Made by a program: the position numbers and the translations under genes. A stretch of 34,482 nt of DNA from NCBI GenBank assembly GCA_045640805.1, contig JAZUFS010000297.1:1-34482 (forward strand). Direction: 5' to 3'. How positions within the stretch are numbered: position 1 is the stretch's first letter; each line of letters opens with the position of its first letter. Shown one piece after another: positions 1 through 8,606 of this stretch. Under the pieces are notes generated by a model, which was not told the origin of the DNA, did no database searches, and was given only the letters and a program-made list of their open reading frames with translations. The stretch is from Treponemataceae bacterium. GTDB taxonomy: Bacteria; Spirochaetota; Spirochaetia; Treponematales; Treponemataceae.

Positions 1-816
1 GATATTTCAGTCGGTGCTTCTGCAGCAATCGCAGGTTCTGTATTCGTAAAGTTCCTTAAGGCACGCACAATTACAGTTCCTCTTGTTATCGTCGGACTTC
101 TTTTTGCTTGCTTCGTAGCAATACTGTTCTGTCTGTTCAATGGTATCCTCATTGCAAAGTTCAAGATTCAGCCGATGATTGCATCCTTGATTCTTTTCAC
201 TGCAGGACGTCCTATTGCATACTGGATTAACGGTGGTGCTTCTCCTTCACTTGGTGGCAATCTGATTTCCTCAATCGGAAGTTTCATCCCGGGAATCCCA
301 ATTCCTAATCCGGTTATCATCGTAGTTGTATTCATTATCCTGATTAACCTGCTGTTGAAGTTCACCAACCTGAGCCTCTACATCCAGTCAGTCGGTATTA
401 ATGAAAAGGCAGCACGCCTGAACGGTATCAATCCGATGCTCATGAAGCTGGTCGTTTTCGTAATTTTGGGTATCTGTACAGCAGTTGCCGGAACAATGAA
501 CGTATGCCGCATCGGTATGATCAACCATGAAACAGTTCTTCTTGATATTGAAATGGACGCTATCCTTGCAGTTGCTATCGGTGGTAACAGTCTGGGTGGT
601 GGTAAGTTCAAACTTTCAGGATCAATCATTGGTGCTTACATCATTCAGGCACTGACAATCACCCTGTATGCTATGAAGGTTTCTTCTTCAGCTGTTAAGG
701 CTTACAAGGCAATCGTCATTCTGATTCTGGTTATTCTTGGTTCTCCTGTCGTAAAGAGCTGGTTCTCAAGTCTTCGCCACAAAGGTGTTCCTGCTGGCAA
801 AGTGGAGGGTAAATAA
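1..816 (+). CDS. Sugar ABC transporter permease (RbsC/YtfT-like), 5' end outside window
   Basis: The frame is open from base 1 (DISVGASAAIAGSVFV...) and runs into the listed 175..816 ORF. Polytopic hydrophobic protein with a glycine-rich AIGGNSLGGGKFKLSGSIIGAYIIQ segment typical of ribose/galactofuranose-family permeases. Stop TAA 814-816 lies 2 nt before the next permease gene. Confidence 0.85.
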   Translation, partial: DISVGASAAIAGSVFVKFLKARTITVPLVIVGLLFACFVAILFCLFNGILIAKFKIQPMIASLILFTAGRPIAYWINGGASPSLGGNLISSIGSFIPGIPIPNPVIIVVVFIILINLLLKFTNLSLYIQSVGINEKAARLNGINPMLMKLVVFVILGICTAVAGTMNVCRIGMINHETVLLDIEMDAILAVAIGGNSLGGGKFKLSGSIIGAYIIQALTITLYAMKVSSSAVKAYKAIVILILVILGSPVVKSWFSSLRHKGVPAGKVEGK

Positions 817-818
817 AA

Positions 819-1892
819 ATGAAGAGTGCAGAAACTAAACTTGCTGAAAAAGCAAACAAGCAGCCTATTTCAAACACAACTCTGCTTCTTACCATTACAA
901 TCTGTACCTTCGTACTGATGTACCTTCTTGGTATGGTTATCTGGGGCGGCGGATTCTTAAACCCGCAGCAGTTCTTTGATATCTTCAACAACAACTCATA
1001 CCTCATCTGTATTGCATGCGGTATGACTCTTGTTATGATTACCGGCGGTATTGATATTTCAGTTGCTGGTACCGTAGCTCTCGTCACAATGTGCTGTGTA
1101 TGTTACATGCGTGACCATGCAACAGGTATCTTCAGCTGCATTCTGATTTCAGTCGGTATTGGTCTTGCCATGGGTCTTTTCCAGGGTTTCCTTATTACGT
1201 ATCTGAAGATCCAGCCGTTCATCATTTCTCTTGCCGGTCTGTTCTTCACACGTGGTATGACCGTTATCGTAAGTAAGGAGCCTGTAAATGCCGATCCAAA
1301 TAATCCTGCTTTTGCAGCATTCCTTAAAGTCAAGGAAAAGCTGATAGAGTTTAAGTTTATTGGTAAGACAAACAGACTTGGGGAATTTATTCCATCCCAC
1401 ATAGAAGTCGGCGTCATCATCTCACTGTTCGTTGTTCTTCTGCTGTGGGCAATGCTCAAGTACACACGTTTCGGCCGTAACCTGTACGCTATCGGCGGTA
1501 ACAAAGAAAGCGCACTCATGCTCGGTATCAACGTTCAGAGAACAGAGTTCTTCGCATACGCACTTTGCGGACTTCTTGCCGGTATCGGTGGTTTCTGCTA
1601 CCTGCTTCACACAGGTGCTGGAACACAGGCAGCTGCTTCTCAGGGTGAAATGCAGGCAATTGCATCATCAATTATCGGTGGTACGTTGCTGACAGGTGGT
1701 GTCGGTTCCGTTATCGGTACACTGTTCGGTGTCATGTCACTGAAGACAATCAACACAATCGTTGTTGCATCCGGTCTCCGTGAACCATACTGGCAGAGTA
1801 TTACAACAGGACTCATGCTCTGTTTCTTCATCCTTATGCAGTCAATCATTCTTGATTACCGCAAGAAGAAGCTTGGAAACATTGCTGGCTGA
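819..1892 (+). CDS. Sugar ABC transporter permease (YjfF/RbsC-like)
   Basis: 357-aa polytopic ORF with a GGAGGG Shine-Dalgarno (SD) about 11 nt upstream of ATG 819. GGIDISVAGTVAL and SIIGGTLLTGGVGSVIGT segments resemble the second permease of YtfT/YjfF-type sugar transporters. Followed by terminators. Confidence 0.9.
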   Translation: MKSAETKLAEKANKQPISNTTLLLTITICTFVLMYLLGMVIWGGGFLNPQQFFDIFNNNSYLICIACGMTLVMITGGIDISVAGTVALVTMCCVCYMRDHATGIFSCILISVGIGLAMGLFQGFLITYLKIQPFIISLAGLFFTRGMTVIVSKEPVNADPNNPAFAAFLKVKEKLIEFKFIGKTNRLGEFIPSHIEVGVIISLFVVLLLWAMLKYTRFGRNLYAIGGNKESALMLGINVQRTEFFAYALCGLLAGIGGFCYLLHTGAGTQAAASQGEMQAIASSIIGGTLLTGGVGSVIGTLFGVMSLKTINTIVVASGLREPYWQSITTGLMLCFFILMQSIILDYRKKKLGNIAG

Positions 1893-1904
1893 TTAAGGTA
1901 ATTT

Positions 1905-1936
1905 CCGGTTGTTCCCACACAAACAGCCGGTCTTTT
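1905..1936 (+). terminator. Weak hairpin downstream of the permease operon
   Basis: CCGGTTG (1905-1911) pairs with CAGCCGG (1924-1930) with one G.U pair and a 12-nt loop, followed by TCTTTTAATT. Confidence 0.35.
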
Positions 1937-1950
1937 AATTATTTCTCCTG

Positions 1951-1982
1951 GAGGTCATTCAGTTTGGATGACCTCTTTTTTT
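1951..1982 (+). terminator. Rho-independent terminator of the permease operon
   Basis: GAGGTCAT (1951-1958) pairs with ATGACCTC (1968-1975) with a 9-nt loop, followed by a 7-T run (1976-1982). Confidence 0.8.
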
Positions 1983-2003
1983 GTCCTGGAGACTTTTGTA
2001 ATG

Positions 2004-3578
2004 TCAGGAGTTACGGAATTCGCGTGGTGTTAACCCCGTTGTTTTCTTGAAAATGAAACTGAAGTAGTGCGGATCATTGAATCCGACTTCGTACGCAATG
2101 TCTGCACTGCGTTTCTGACCGTCTTTCAACAGCTTCTTCGCCTGCTCAATACGTACGTTTGTAAGATGTTCAATGAAAGTGATGCCACATTCCTGTGAGA
2201 AAATCGTACTGAAATGATTCGGACTCAGGTGTACTTCATCGGCAACTGAGTGCAGGCAGATATCCTGGTCAGCGTAATTTGCCTCTATGTATTTTTTCGC
2301 CTTGAGAATGACGTCGCCGTACCTGCCCTGCATGTGTGAGTTACGGTATTCCAGAACCTTATTGAGGATGCGGCGTACTTCATTTATGAAAATTGTCTCG
2401 CTCTGAACTGCATTATCCACAAATCCGCGGGTTACAAGCTCGGGCATTTCGTCCTTGATATCACCGCCAAGGTCTTCTACGAGTTTTGAAACGGCGACAA
2501 TGACATCAACCAGAAGATACGAAGCAATTACAGAGAACTGCCCCTGATTGCCTCCTATCAGTTCCATGTACTGCGCGACAATCTGGTCAATCTCACCTTC
2601 TCCCGCAAACTTGAGTCTGTCTACCAGCGGATCATTTGCAGGAAGAGAGAAACTCTCCTCTTCATCTTTCCGGATATCATTGACGCCCGCAATCTTATTC
2701 CGACCGTTATACCCACATACTTTCAGCACGTGGTCCGCGTCCTTATATGAGTTTGAGATATATGCCGTTCTATCTACTGACGAACCGATTGCAGTCACGA
2801 CATTGCACTTTCCGTCTGAAAGTATTTCGTGCTGTATGGAATCCGCAAGGTTGTACGCCGTGTCTTCAAGCGTTTCCTGGTCACTGCTCAAAATAATGCA
2901 CACAAATTTTTCAGGCGATATGAAGAAACTGATCAGTGCCGTTTCGTCCCGGGTAAGTGACATGAGTTTCGTTTTCGCCATGATAAGGTCGTTGACGTTC
3001 TCTTCTTTCGTATGCAGTTCACTTACCAGCACCTGATAATAGCGTGCAATCAGATTGATGTGCTGTTCCGACGCCTTCTGCACAGCATCCGGACCGGCAA
3101 TTGAGCCCATGACAATATCTGTCAGAAGCTTTTCGCGCATAAGAACCGCATTTGTCTCAAGAGCAGATTTCATACGGTTAATATCCGTAAACTGCTGCTT
3201 CTGCTTGTCGAGCTCTTTAGCAACCTTGTGCATGCTCGCCAGAAGATCATCTGCCGTAAATGGTTTCAGCATATAATCTTCTACGCCGATGGATATTGCC
3301 TTTTTGGCATACTCGAACTCATCATGTCCTGAAAGGATGATGATACGGATCCACGGCTGCAATTTTTTGGCCATGCGGGCAAGCTCAAGTCCGTCCATGA
3401 ACGGCATTTTTATGTCTGTAATAAGGATATCCGGCTTAATGTCCTGAATCATCGACAGCGCAATTTCACCGTCAGCAGCTTCACCGGCAAACGAAAACTC
3501 AGATGTTTCCCAGTCAATCTTACTGCGGATTCCTTCGCGGACAATTACTTCATCATCAACTATAAAAACGCTATACAA
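2004..3578 (-). CDS. Two-component response regulator, receiver + AraC-type HTH (YesN/AraT-like)
   Basis: N-terminal receiver domain (FIVDDE...ILITDIKMPFMDGLEL...MLKPF). C-terminal AraC-type HTH (LSPNHFSTIFSQECGITFIEHLTNVRIEQAKKLL...VGFNDPHYFSFIFKKTTGLTPREFR). Apparent TTG start overlaps the kinase stop by 8 nt. Confidence 0.9.
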   Translation of the reverse strand: MYSVFIVDDEVIVREGIRSKIDWETSEFSFAGEAADGEIALSMIQDIKPDILITDIKMPFMDGLELARMAKKLQPWIRIIILSGHDEFEYAKKAISIGVEDYMLKPFTADDLLASMHKVAKELDKQKQQFTDINRMKSALETNAVLMREKLLTDIVMGSIAGPDAVQKASEQHINLIARYYQVLVSELHTKEENVNDLIMAKTKLMSLTRDETALISFFISPEKFVCIILSSDQETLEDTAYNLADSIQHEILSDGKCNVVTAIGSSVDRTAYISNSYKDADHVLKVCGYNGRNKIAGVNDIRKDEEESFSLPANDPLVDRLKFAGEGEIDQIVAQYMELIGGNQGQFSVIASYLLVDVIVAVSKLVEDLGGDIKDEMPELVTRGFVDNAVQSETIFINEVRRILNKVLEYRNSHMQGRYGDVILKAKKYIEANYADQDICLHSVADEVHLSPNHFSTIFSQECGITFIEHLTNVRIEQAKKLLKDGQKRSADIAYEVGFNDPHYFSFIFKKTTGLTPREFRNS

Positions 3579-5034
3579 GGTTTTCTCCAGTCATTCCGGA
3601 TTTAATGGGAACTGCAAATGAAACCTTTGTTCCCTTTTTATACTCGGTTTCAATATTGAGCTTAACGGTATCATCATAATACAATTTCAATCTTTTGTTT
3701 ACATTATAAAGACCATAAACTGCCGTAAGTTTTTCTGCATCATCATTTCTGTTCAATTCAGCCTGAACTTCCGCAAGACGTTCAGGAGTAAAGCCGAGTC
3801 CGTTATCTTCAACAGAGAAAAGAATCCTGTCATCGTCGGCTTTGACAATTACTTTCAGTACACCACGACCGCGCTTGTTCTTGATTCCGTGGTAAATGGC
3901 GTTTTCAACAAGCGGCTGCAGCATGAGTTTAAGGACCTTCCTGCCTGTCAGACTCTCGTCGAACTCAATCGTGTAGTCCAGAATATCCCTGTAACGGATT
4001 CCCTGAATCGTCAGATAATGGCGTACGTGATCAAGTTCCTGCTCAATGGGAATCCATTCATGTCCTTTACTGAGTGAAATACGGAAAAAGCTCGAAAACG
4101 CGCGTGTAATCTCAATGACCTGATCCGTCTGACCAGATTCTGCCAGCCAGATGATGGTGTCGAACGTATTATACAGGAAGTGCGGTGTAATCTGGGCCTG
4201 CAACGTCTTCATCTCTGCTTTCTGCAGGTTCTGCTGCTCGCGTATATTCTCTTCAAGCAGTTCCTTAATCTTACCGGCCATTATGTTCAGGTTTTCAGTC
4301 AGATGATCAAGTTCTTCTACATGAGGCAGTTCTGCACGTGCTTCAAGATCACCGATAGCAATACGGTTTGAAAGTTCCTCCATGTCCTGAATTGGCTTAC
4401 GGATATTTCTTGTAACAGACGCAAGAGATGTAATGGCAACAATGACAACGATGCAGGCAATGATTACCTGAATGATGGTCAGGTTCCTTGTAGCCTGCTT
4501 GATGCTTTCATTGGTTGCTGCTGCTGTCTCAATTTCAGCAACAATAAAATCCTGAAGGATATCATTCAAAAGAGAAGCACATCCGCGGACTTCTTCAAGA
4601 ATCTGTTCATTTTCAGAAACTGGCGCATTCATGGAAATCTGCGTTCCAAGTATATCCACATACTTCTGAAGTGTACTTTCCGCACGGAACGCGACTTCAA
4701 TAAGGTTCCTGTTTTCCTCGACCTCAGTCGATTCCATCATTTCCGTGAAACCCGTCGTAATGGTATCAAGAATTTCATACTGTTTACCGTCCTGAAATTC
4801 CTTGAATCCCGCAACGATTTCCCAGATTTCGTTGGAAATATCGACTTTAACAATCTGATTGATACGGTTTGCGCGGCTTACGTTCGTGATTATCTGGTCA
4901 TACCGCTGTGTATGCTGACGCGTAACAGAAATGGAGTACACCGTAGGAATTATCATGATTACGATAATCAGCATGAAAGAGAATGTCAGTTTATTCTTGA
5001 TGCTGCCGGACCGGGTCCTCTTTTTTTCTTTCAC
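3571..5034 (-). CDS. Sensor histidine kinase (YesM/AraS-like: TM-sensor-TM-HAMP-His_kinase-HATPase)
   Basis: Contains FLYNTFDTIIWL (phospho-acceptor region of the YesM/LytS-type family) and HATPase motifs (LVENAIYHG, VEDNGLGF). The maximal ORF starts at ATG 5115 and would overlap the upstream gene by 65 nt. I prefer GTG 5034 because AAAGGAAA lies 8 nt upstream, it starts after the upstream stop (5051), and it gives a basic N-terminus (MKEKKRTRSG) before TM1. The start is uncertain (5034/5085/5088/5115). Confidence 0.88.
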   Translation of the reverse strand: MKEKKRTRSGSIKNKLTFSFMLIIVIMIIPTVYSISVTRQHTQRYDQIITNVSRANRINQIVKVDISNEIWEIVAGFKEFQDGKQYEILDTITTGFTEMMESTEVEENRNLIEVAFRAESTLQKYVDILGTQISMNAPVSENEQILEEVRGCASLLNDILQDFIVAEIETAAATNESIKQATRNLTIIQVIIACIVVIVAITSLASVTRNIRKPIQDMEELSNRIAIGDLEARAELPHVEELDHLTENLNIMAGKIKELLEENIREQQNLQKAEMKTLQAQITPHFLYNTFDTIIWLAESGQTDQVIEITRAFSSFFRISLSKGHEWIPIEQELDHVRHYLTIQGIRYRDILDYTIEFDESLTGRKVLKLMLQPLVENAIYHGIKNKRGRGVLKVIVKADDDRILFSVEDNGLGFTPERLAEVQAELNRNDDAEKLTAVYGLYNVNKRLKLYYDDTVKLNIETEYKKGTKVSFAVPIKSGMTGENLV

Positions 5035-5050
5035 GGTCAATTTCCTTTTA

Positions 5051-6094
5051 TCAGTATCCGCGTGCAGGAAGGTCTGAAAGGTCATCATTTTCAGTGAAGA
5101 CTTCTTCAGGAACATATGTTATGCGGGGAATTGCCCATCCGTTCATGACACTGTTGACCATCTGCATGACTGTCGGTCCCTGTTTTGGGTTACACTCAAT
5201 GACACAGTTCATTTTTCCGTCTTTCAAAGCATCTATTGCCGCCTGCTCTGCATCAACAGAAATGATGGTAACATCCTTTCCAGGCTGTATACCGTAACTT
5301 TCAAGAACTTCTATCATGCCAAGTGACATACTGTCGTTGTGTGAATAAATGATATCTATCTTCTTGCCATCAACTTCAAGCTTATGAGTTTTTCCAAACA
5401 GATTTTCTGCAATTTCCTTTCCGCGTGACCGAAGGAAATCACCTGCTTCACTGTAGACAATGTTGAACCGCTCATCTTCGCCGATGATTTCACGGAAACC
5501 GTTATACCGGCCATCGACTACGGAAGAACCGTCATTGCCACGAAGCTCAAGAATATTGAGCGGGCCTGTTTTTCCCGCATATTTTTCAAGCAGGAAACGA
5601 CCTGCCTTTCTTCCTTCTTCAATATGTTCTGATCCGATATAACCTGCGTACAGGCTTTCGTCGGATGTGTTGATTGTCCGGTCAACAATGATTACCGGAA
5701 TATTTGCCTCACGGGCTTCACGAAGTACGTTGTCCCAGCCGTCCTGAACAATAGGGATAAACACGATGATGTCAACTTTGTAAACGATGAACGACCGGAT
5801 GGCCTTTATCTGATTTTCCTGCTTCTGTTCTGCATTTGAATAGATTATCTGGTAGCCGGCTGCCGCCGCTGCTTCCTGAATTGACTGTGTGTTGCATCCA
5901 CGCCAGGCACTTTCCGCACCTATCTGTGAAAAGCCGATGACGATGTTTTTCTTCTGTGCAGGTAAAATTTCTGCAGTTTCTGGTTTTCCTGAAGCTGCTG
6001 AGTCTTTCCGGCTGCAACCTGAAAGACTCAGCAAAACGGCGAGTACCGATGCAACCAGAAGCACCGGCAGCCGCCATTTTGTGTTTTTACTCAT
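5051..6094 (-). CDS. Periplasmic sugar-binding lipoprotein (LacI/RbsB/YtfQ-type fold), probable sensor partner of the kinase
   Basis: Signal peptide with lipobox (LLSLSGC). IVIGFSQIGAESAWR and IPVIIVDR segments are typical of Peripla_BP-type monosaccharide binders. The start overlaps the araD stop (ATGA, 6091-6094), and the kinase gene follows directly. Confidence 0.85.
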   Translation of the reverse strand: MSKNTKWRLPVLLVASVLAVLLSLSGCSRKDSAASGKPETAEILPAQKKNIVIGFSQIGAESAWRGCNTQSIQEAAAAAGYQIIYSNAEQKQENQIKAIRSFIVYKVDIIVFIPIVQDGWDNVLREAREANIPVIIVDRTINTSDESLYAGYIGSEHIEEGRKAGRFLLEKYAGKTGPLNILELRGNDGSSVVDGRYNGFREIIGEDERFNIVYSEAGDFLRSRGKEIAENLFGKTHKLEVDGKKIDIIYSHNDSMSLGMIEVLESYGIQPGKDVTIISVDAEQAAIDALKDGKMNCVIECNPKQGPTVMQMVNSVMNGWAIPRITYVPEEVFTENDDLSDLPARGY

Positions 6095-6837
6095 TTCTGT
6101 CCGTAATATGCATTCTTTCCGTGTTTACGCTGATAATGCTTGTTAACAACGTAGTCTGGAAGTGGCTTCCATTCAGGATTTACCTGCATGGTAATCCATG
6201 CCATACGGGCAACTTCTTCCAGTACAGCTGCATTATACACCGATTTGTCCGCGTTTGCACCCCAGGTGAACGGACCATGACCGGCGACGAGCACCATCGG
6301 GTTTTCAGACGGAACGAGCGGCTTCAGCAGATTACCCCAGTAATCTTTTGCCCCGACCTTTTCCGGATTAAGGAAAGTGTCGGCAATAAGAATACCGGTT
6401 TCTGCCTCATAAGCGCGCTCGACTGCTTCTGCCTGAATCATCGGCGTGCAGACTACCGCGTTTGCACTGTGGTCGGCATGCGTTGTTCCCAGAAGCGGGA
6501 TACTCCGGCAGGCCTGTGCCCATGCAGTTGCGTGCGGTGAGTGTGTATGCGTGATACCGCCGATGTTCTCGAACCGCTTGTACAGTTCAGCGTGAGTCGG
6601 TGTATCTGAAGAAGGGTTCATTGTACCTTCAACTTTCTTCAGGTCCAGATCGACAACGACAATATCGTCAACCTTCATTGTGTCATACGGCACTCCCGAC
6701 GGTTTGATGGCGAAAACGCCCCTGTCCTTATCGAACGCGGAAACGTTTCCCCATGTATAGATTGCAAGACCCCGGACAGGAATCTGCATGTTTGCTTCAA
6801 AAGCTTCTTCTTTGAGCGTCTGATATGCTGATTTCAT
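6091..6837 (-). CDS. araD: L-ribulose-5-phosphate 4-epimerase (class II aldolase/adducin family)
   Basis: 248 aa. WGNVSAFDKDRGVFAIKPSGVPYDTM, PSSDTPTHAELY, GGITHTHSPHATAWAQA and LGTTHADH match AraD/SgbE/UlaF-type epimerases. Confidence 0.85.
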   Translation of the reverse strand: MKSAYQTLKEEAFEANMQIPVRGLAIYTWGNVSAFDKDRGVFAIKPSGVPYDTMKVDDIVVVDLDLKKVEGTMNPSSDTPTHAELYKRFENIGGITHTHSPHATAWAQACRSIPLLGTTHADHSANAVVCTPMIQAEAVERAYEAETGILIADTFLNPEKVGAKDYWGNLLKPLVPSENPMVLVAGHGPFTWGANADKSVYNAAVLEEVARMAWITMQVNPEWKPLPDYVVNKHYQRKHGKNAYYGQK

Positions 6838-6850
6838 CTTTTGCCCGGCC

Positions 6851-8452
6851 TTAGTCTACGTTCTCAATTGCAGCACGTTCAACAGCAAGTCCGCGTGTGT
6901 AATTCTTGAAGAATTCGTTGAATCCCTTTACATCTTCATCACTTGCCATGACAGTCTCTGCCTTGCTTGAACCGAATACATCCTTGTCCAGGAAGTCTTC
7001 GAGCTTCTTGCCCTTTCCGTTAACCAGGAATGATGCGAGCAGAGCCATACCCCATGGACCACCTTCGCCAGCAGTAGAAAGTGTTGAAATAGGAGTATGC
7101 ATTGCAGCTGACATTACTGTCAGACCAACTTTTGCCGTCTTGAAGAAACCGCCGTGTCCGTTGAGCTTGTCGATGGCAACATGTTCCTTATCGAACAGGA
7201 TGTCCATACCGGTGCGGAGTGCTCCGAGTGCGGTGAACAGCTGTGCGCGCATGAAGTTTTTCAGGTTGAAGTTGCAGTTCTGTGTACGTACGAACAGTGG
7301 GCGACCTTCATTAAGGCCTGTCATTGACTCACCGGAGATGTAGTTGTACGGAATAAGGCCACCGCAGTCTTTGTCACCTTCAAGAGCTGCAGAAAGCAGG
7401 TTCTCGTAAAGGTCACCCTTCTTCACGTCATATCCACATGCCTTCATTGCCTCGCCGAACAGGTTTATCCACTTGTCATATTCGCCGGTGCAGTTATTTG
7501 CGTGTGCCATTGCAGTAAGTGAACCTGCAGGTGTTGTGACCAGGTCAATCTTTCCGTTGTAAGCAGCTGAAAGGTCTTTCTCAAGAACAACCATTGCGAA
7601 AACTGAAGTTCCGGCAGAAACGTTTCCTGTGCGTTCGCGGACTGCGTTTGTTGCAGCCATACCGGTTCCTGCATCACCTTCAGGAGGAGCAAGTGGTGTA
7701 CCCGGTTCAAGGTCTCCCTCAGGATCCAGGAACTTGGCGCCTTCTGCAGTCATTGTACCTGCGTCCTCGCCGGCAACCATTGTCTCAGGAAGGATATCCT
7801 CAAGCTTCCAGCCGAAACCTTCGCCCTTGATGAGGTCGTTGAACTGGCCAATCATCTTTTTGTTGAAATCTTTTTCTGCAATGTCGATCGGGAACATACC
7901 GGAAGCATCGCCAATACCAAGCACTTTCTTTCCGGTCAGTTTCCAGTGAACGTAACCTGCGAGTGTTGTGAAGAATGCTACATCCTTTACATGCGGCTCC
8001 TTGTTAAGGATTGCCTGATACAGATGTGAAATGCTCCAGCGTTCAGGAATAGGATAGTTGAACAGGCCTGAAAGCTTTTCAGAAGCAGCGCCTGTAATGG
8101 TGTTGCGCCATGTGCGGAAAGGAACAAGCAGGTTGTCACTCTTATCGAAAGCGAGATATCCGTGCATCATTGCACTGACACCGAATGCCTTGATTTTCTT
8201 GAGTGTAATGCCGTACTTTGCCTTTACGTCTTTCTTGAGGTCGGCGTAACATGTCTGAAGTCCATTGTGAATTTCATCCATTGAGTATGTCCAGATACCA
8301 TCGACCAGTGAGTTCTCCCAGTCAAAAGCACCACCGGCAACAGGTACATTTTCGCTGTTGATGAGTACAGCCTTGATACGTGTTGAACCGAATTCAATGC
8401 CGAGAACAGCCTTTCCATCGGCTATTTCCTGTGCAATCATTTTTTCGTCCAT
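6851..8452 (-). CDS. FGGY-family carbohydrate kinase (probable L-ribulokinase / pentulose kinase)
   Basis: 533 aa. N-terminal LGIEFGSTRIKAVL (ATPase phosphate-1 motif), GDAGTGM and HGGFFKT motifs of the FGGY/actin-like kinase fold. AAGGAG SD upstream of ATG 8452. First gene of the operon, followed by araD. Confidence 0.85.
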   Translation of the reverse strand: MDEKMIAQEIADGKAVLGIEFGSTRIKAVLINSENVPVAGGAFDWENSLVDGIWTYSMDEIHNGLQTCYADLKKDVKAKYGITLKKIKAFGVSAMMHGYLAFDKSDNLLVPFRTWRNTITGAASEKLSGLFNYPIPERWSISHLYQAILNKEPHVKDVAFFTTLAGYVHWKLTGKKVLGIGDASGMFPIDIAEKDFNKKMIGQFNDLIKGEGFGWKLEDILPETMVAGEDAGTMTAEGAKFLDPEGDLEPGTPLAPPEGDAGTGMAATNAVRERTGNVSAGTSVFAMVVLEKDLSAAYNGKIDLVTTPAGSLTAMAHANNCTGEYDKWINLFGEAMKACGYDVKKGDLYENLLSAALEGDKDCGGLIPYNYISGESMTGLNEGRPLFVRTQNCNFNLKNFMRAQLFTALGALRTGMDILFDKEHVAIDKLNGHGGFFKTAKVGLTVMSAAMHTPISTLSTAGEGGPWGMALLASFLVNGKGKKLEDFLDKDVFGSSKAETVMASDEDVKGFNEFFKNYTRGLAVERAAIENVD

Positions 8453-8507
8453 ATATTCTCCTTTTCATCTTTATTTTCTTGTAATCCAACAAGTTCCGTA
8501 TACGAAT

Positions 8508-8536
8508 ATTGTACCATTAATAGAAGAAATTGTCGA
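8508..8536 (-). promoter_or_regulatory. Putative sigma70-type promoter of the kinase-araD-sensor operon
   Basis: On the minus strand: TCGACA (8531-8536), 17-nt spacer, TACAAT (8508-8513) preceded by TGG (extended -10 type). It lies about 55 nt upstream of ATG 8452. Confidence 0.45.
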
Positions 8537-8563
8537 GTTTAGAACGCTTCCCAACACTTTTTC

Positions 8564-8593
8564 TTGACATGAATAATTCCCATATTTTACAAT
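8564..8593 (+). promoter_or_regulatory. Putative sigma70-type promoter of the GGDEF gene
   Basis: TTGACA (8564-8569), 18-nt spacer, TACAAT (8588-8593). The predicted transcription start site (TSS) is only about 6 nt before ATG 8607, and no SD is visible. Confidence 0.45.
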
Positions 8594-8606
8594 AAGCTAT
8601 ACAAAA

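Noticed and set aside
5956-6540. 194-aa + strand ORF spanning the araD/sugar-binding-protein junction, along with other long antisense ORFs (12718-13260, 20585-21028, 21933-22442, 30886-31440, 31684-32142, 13698-14444).
   Set aside because: All are antisense to genes with strong family motifs. They have Ser/Cys/Arg/Pro-rich composition typical of shadow ORFs and no SD or promoter context.
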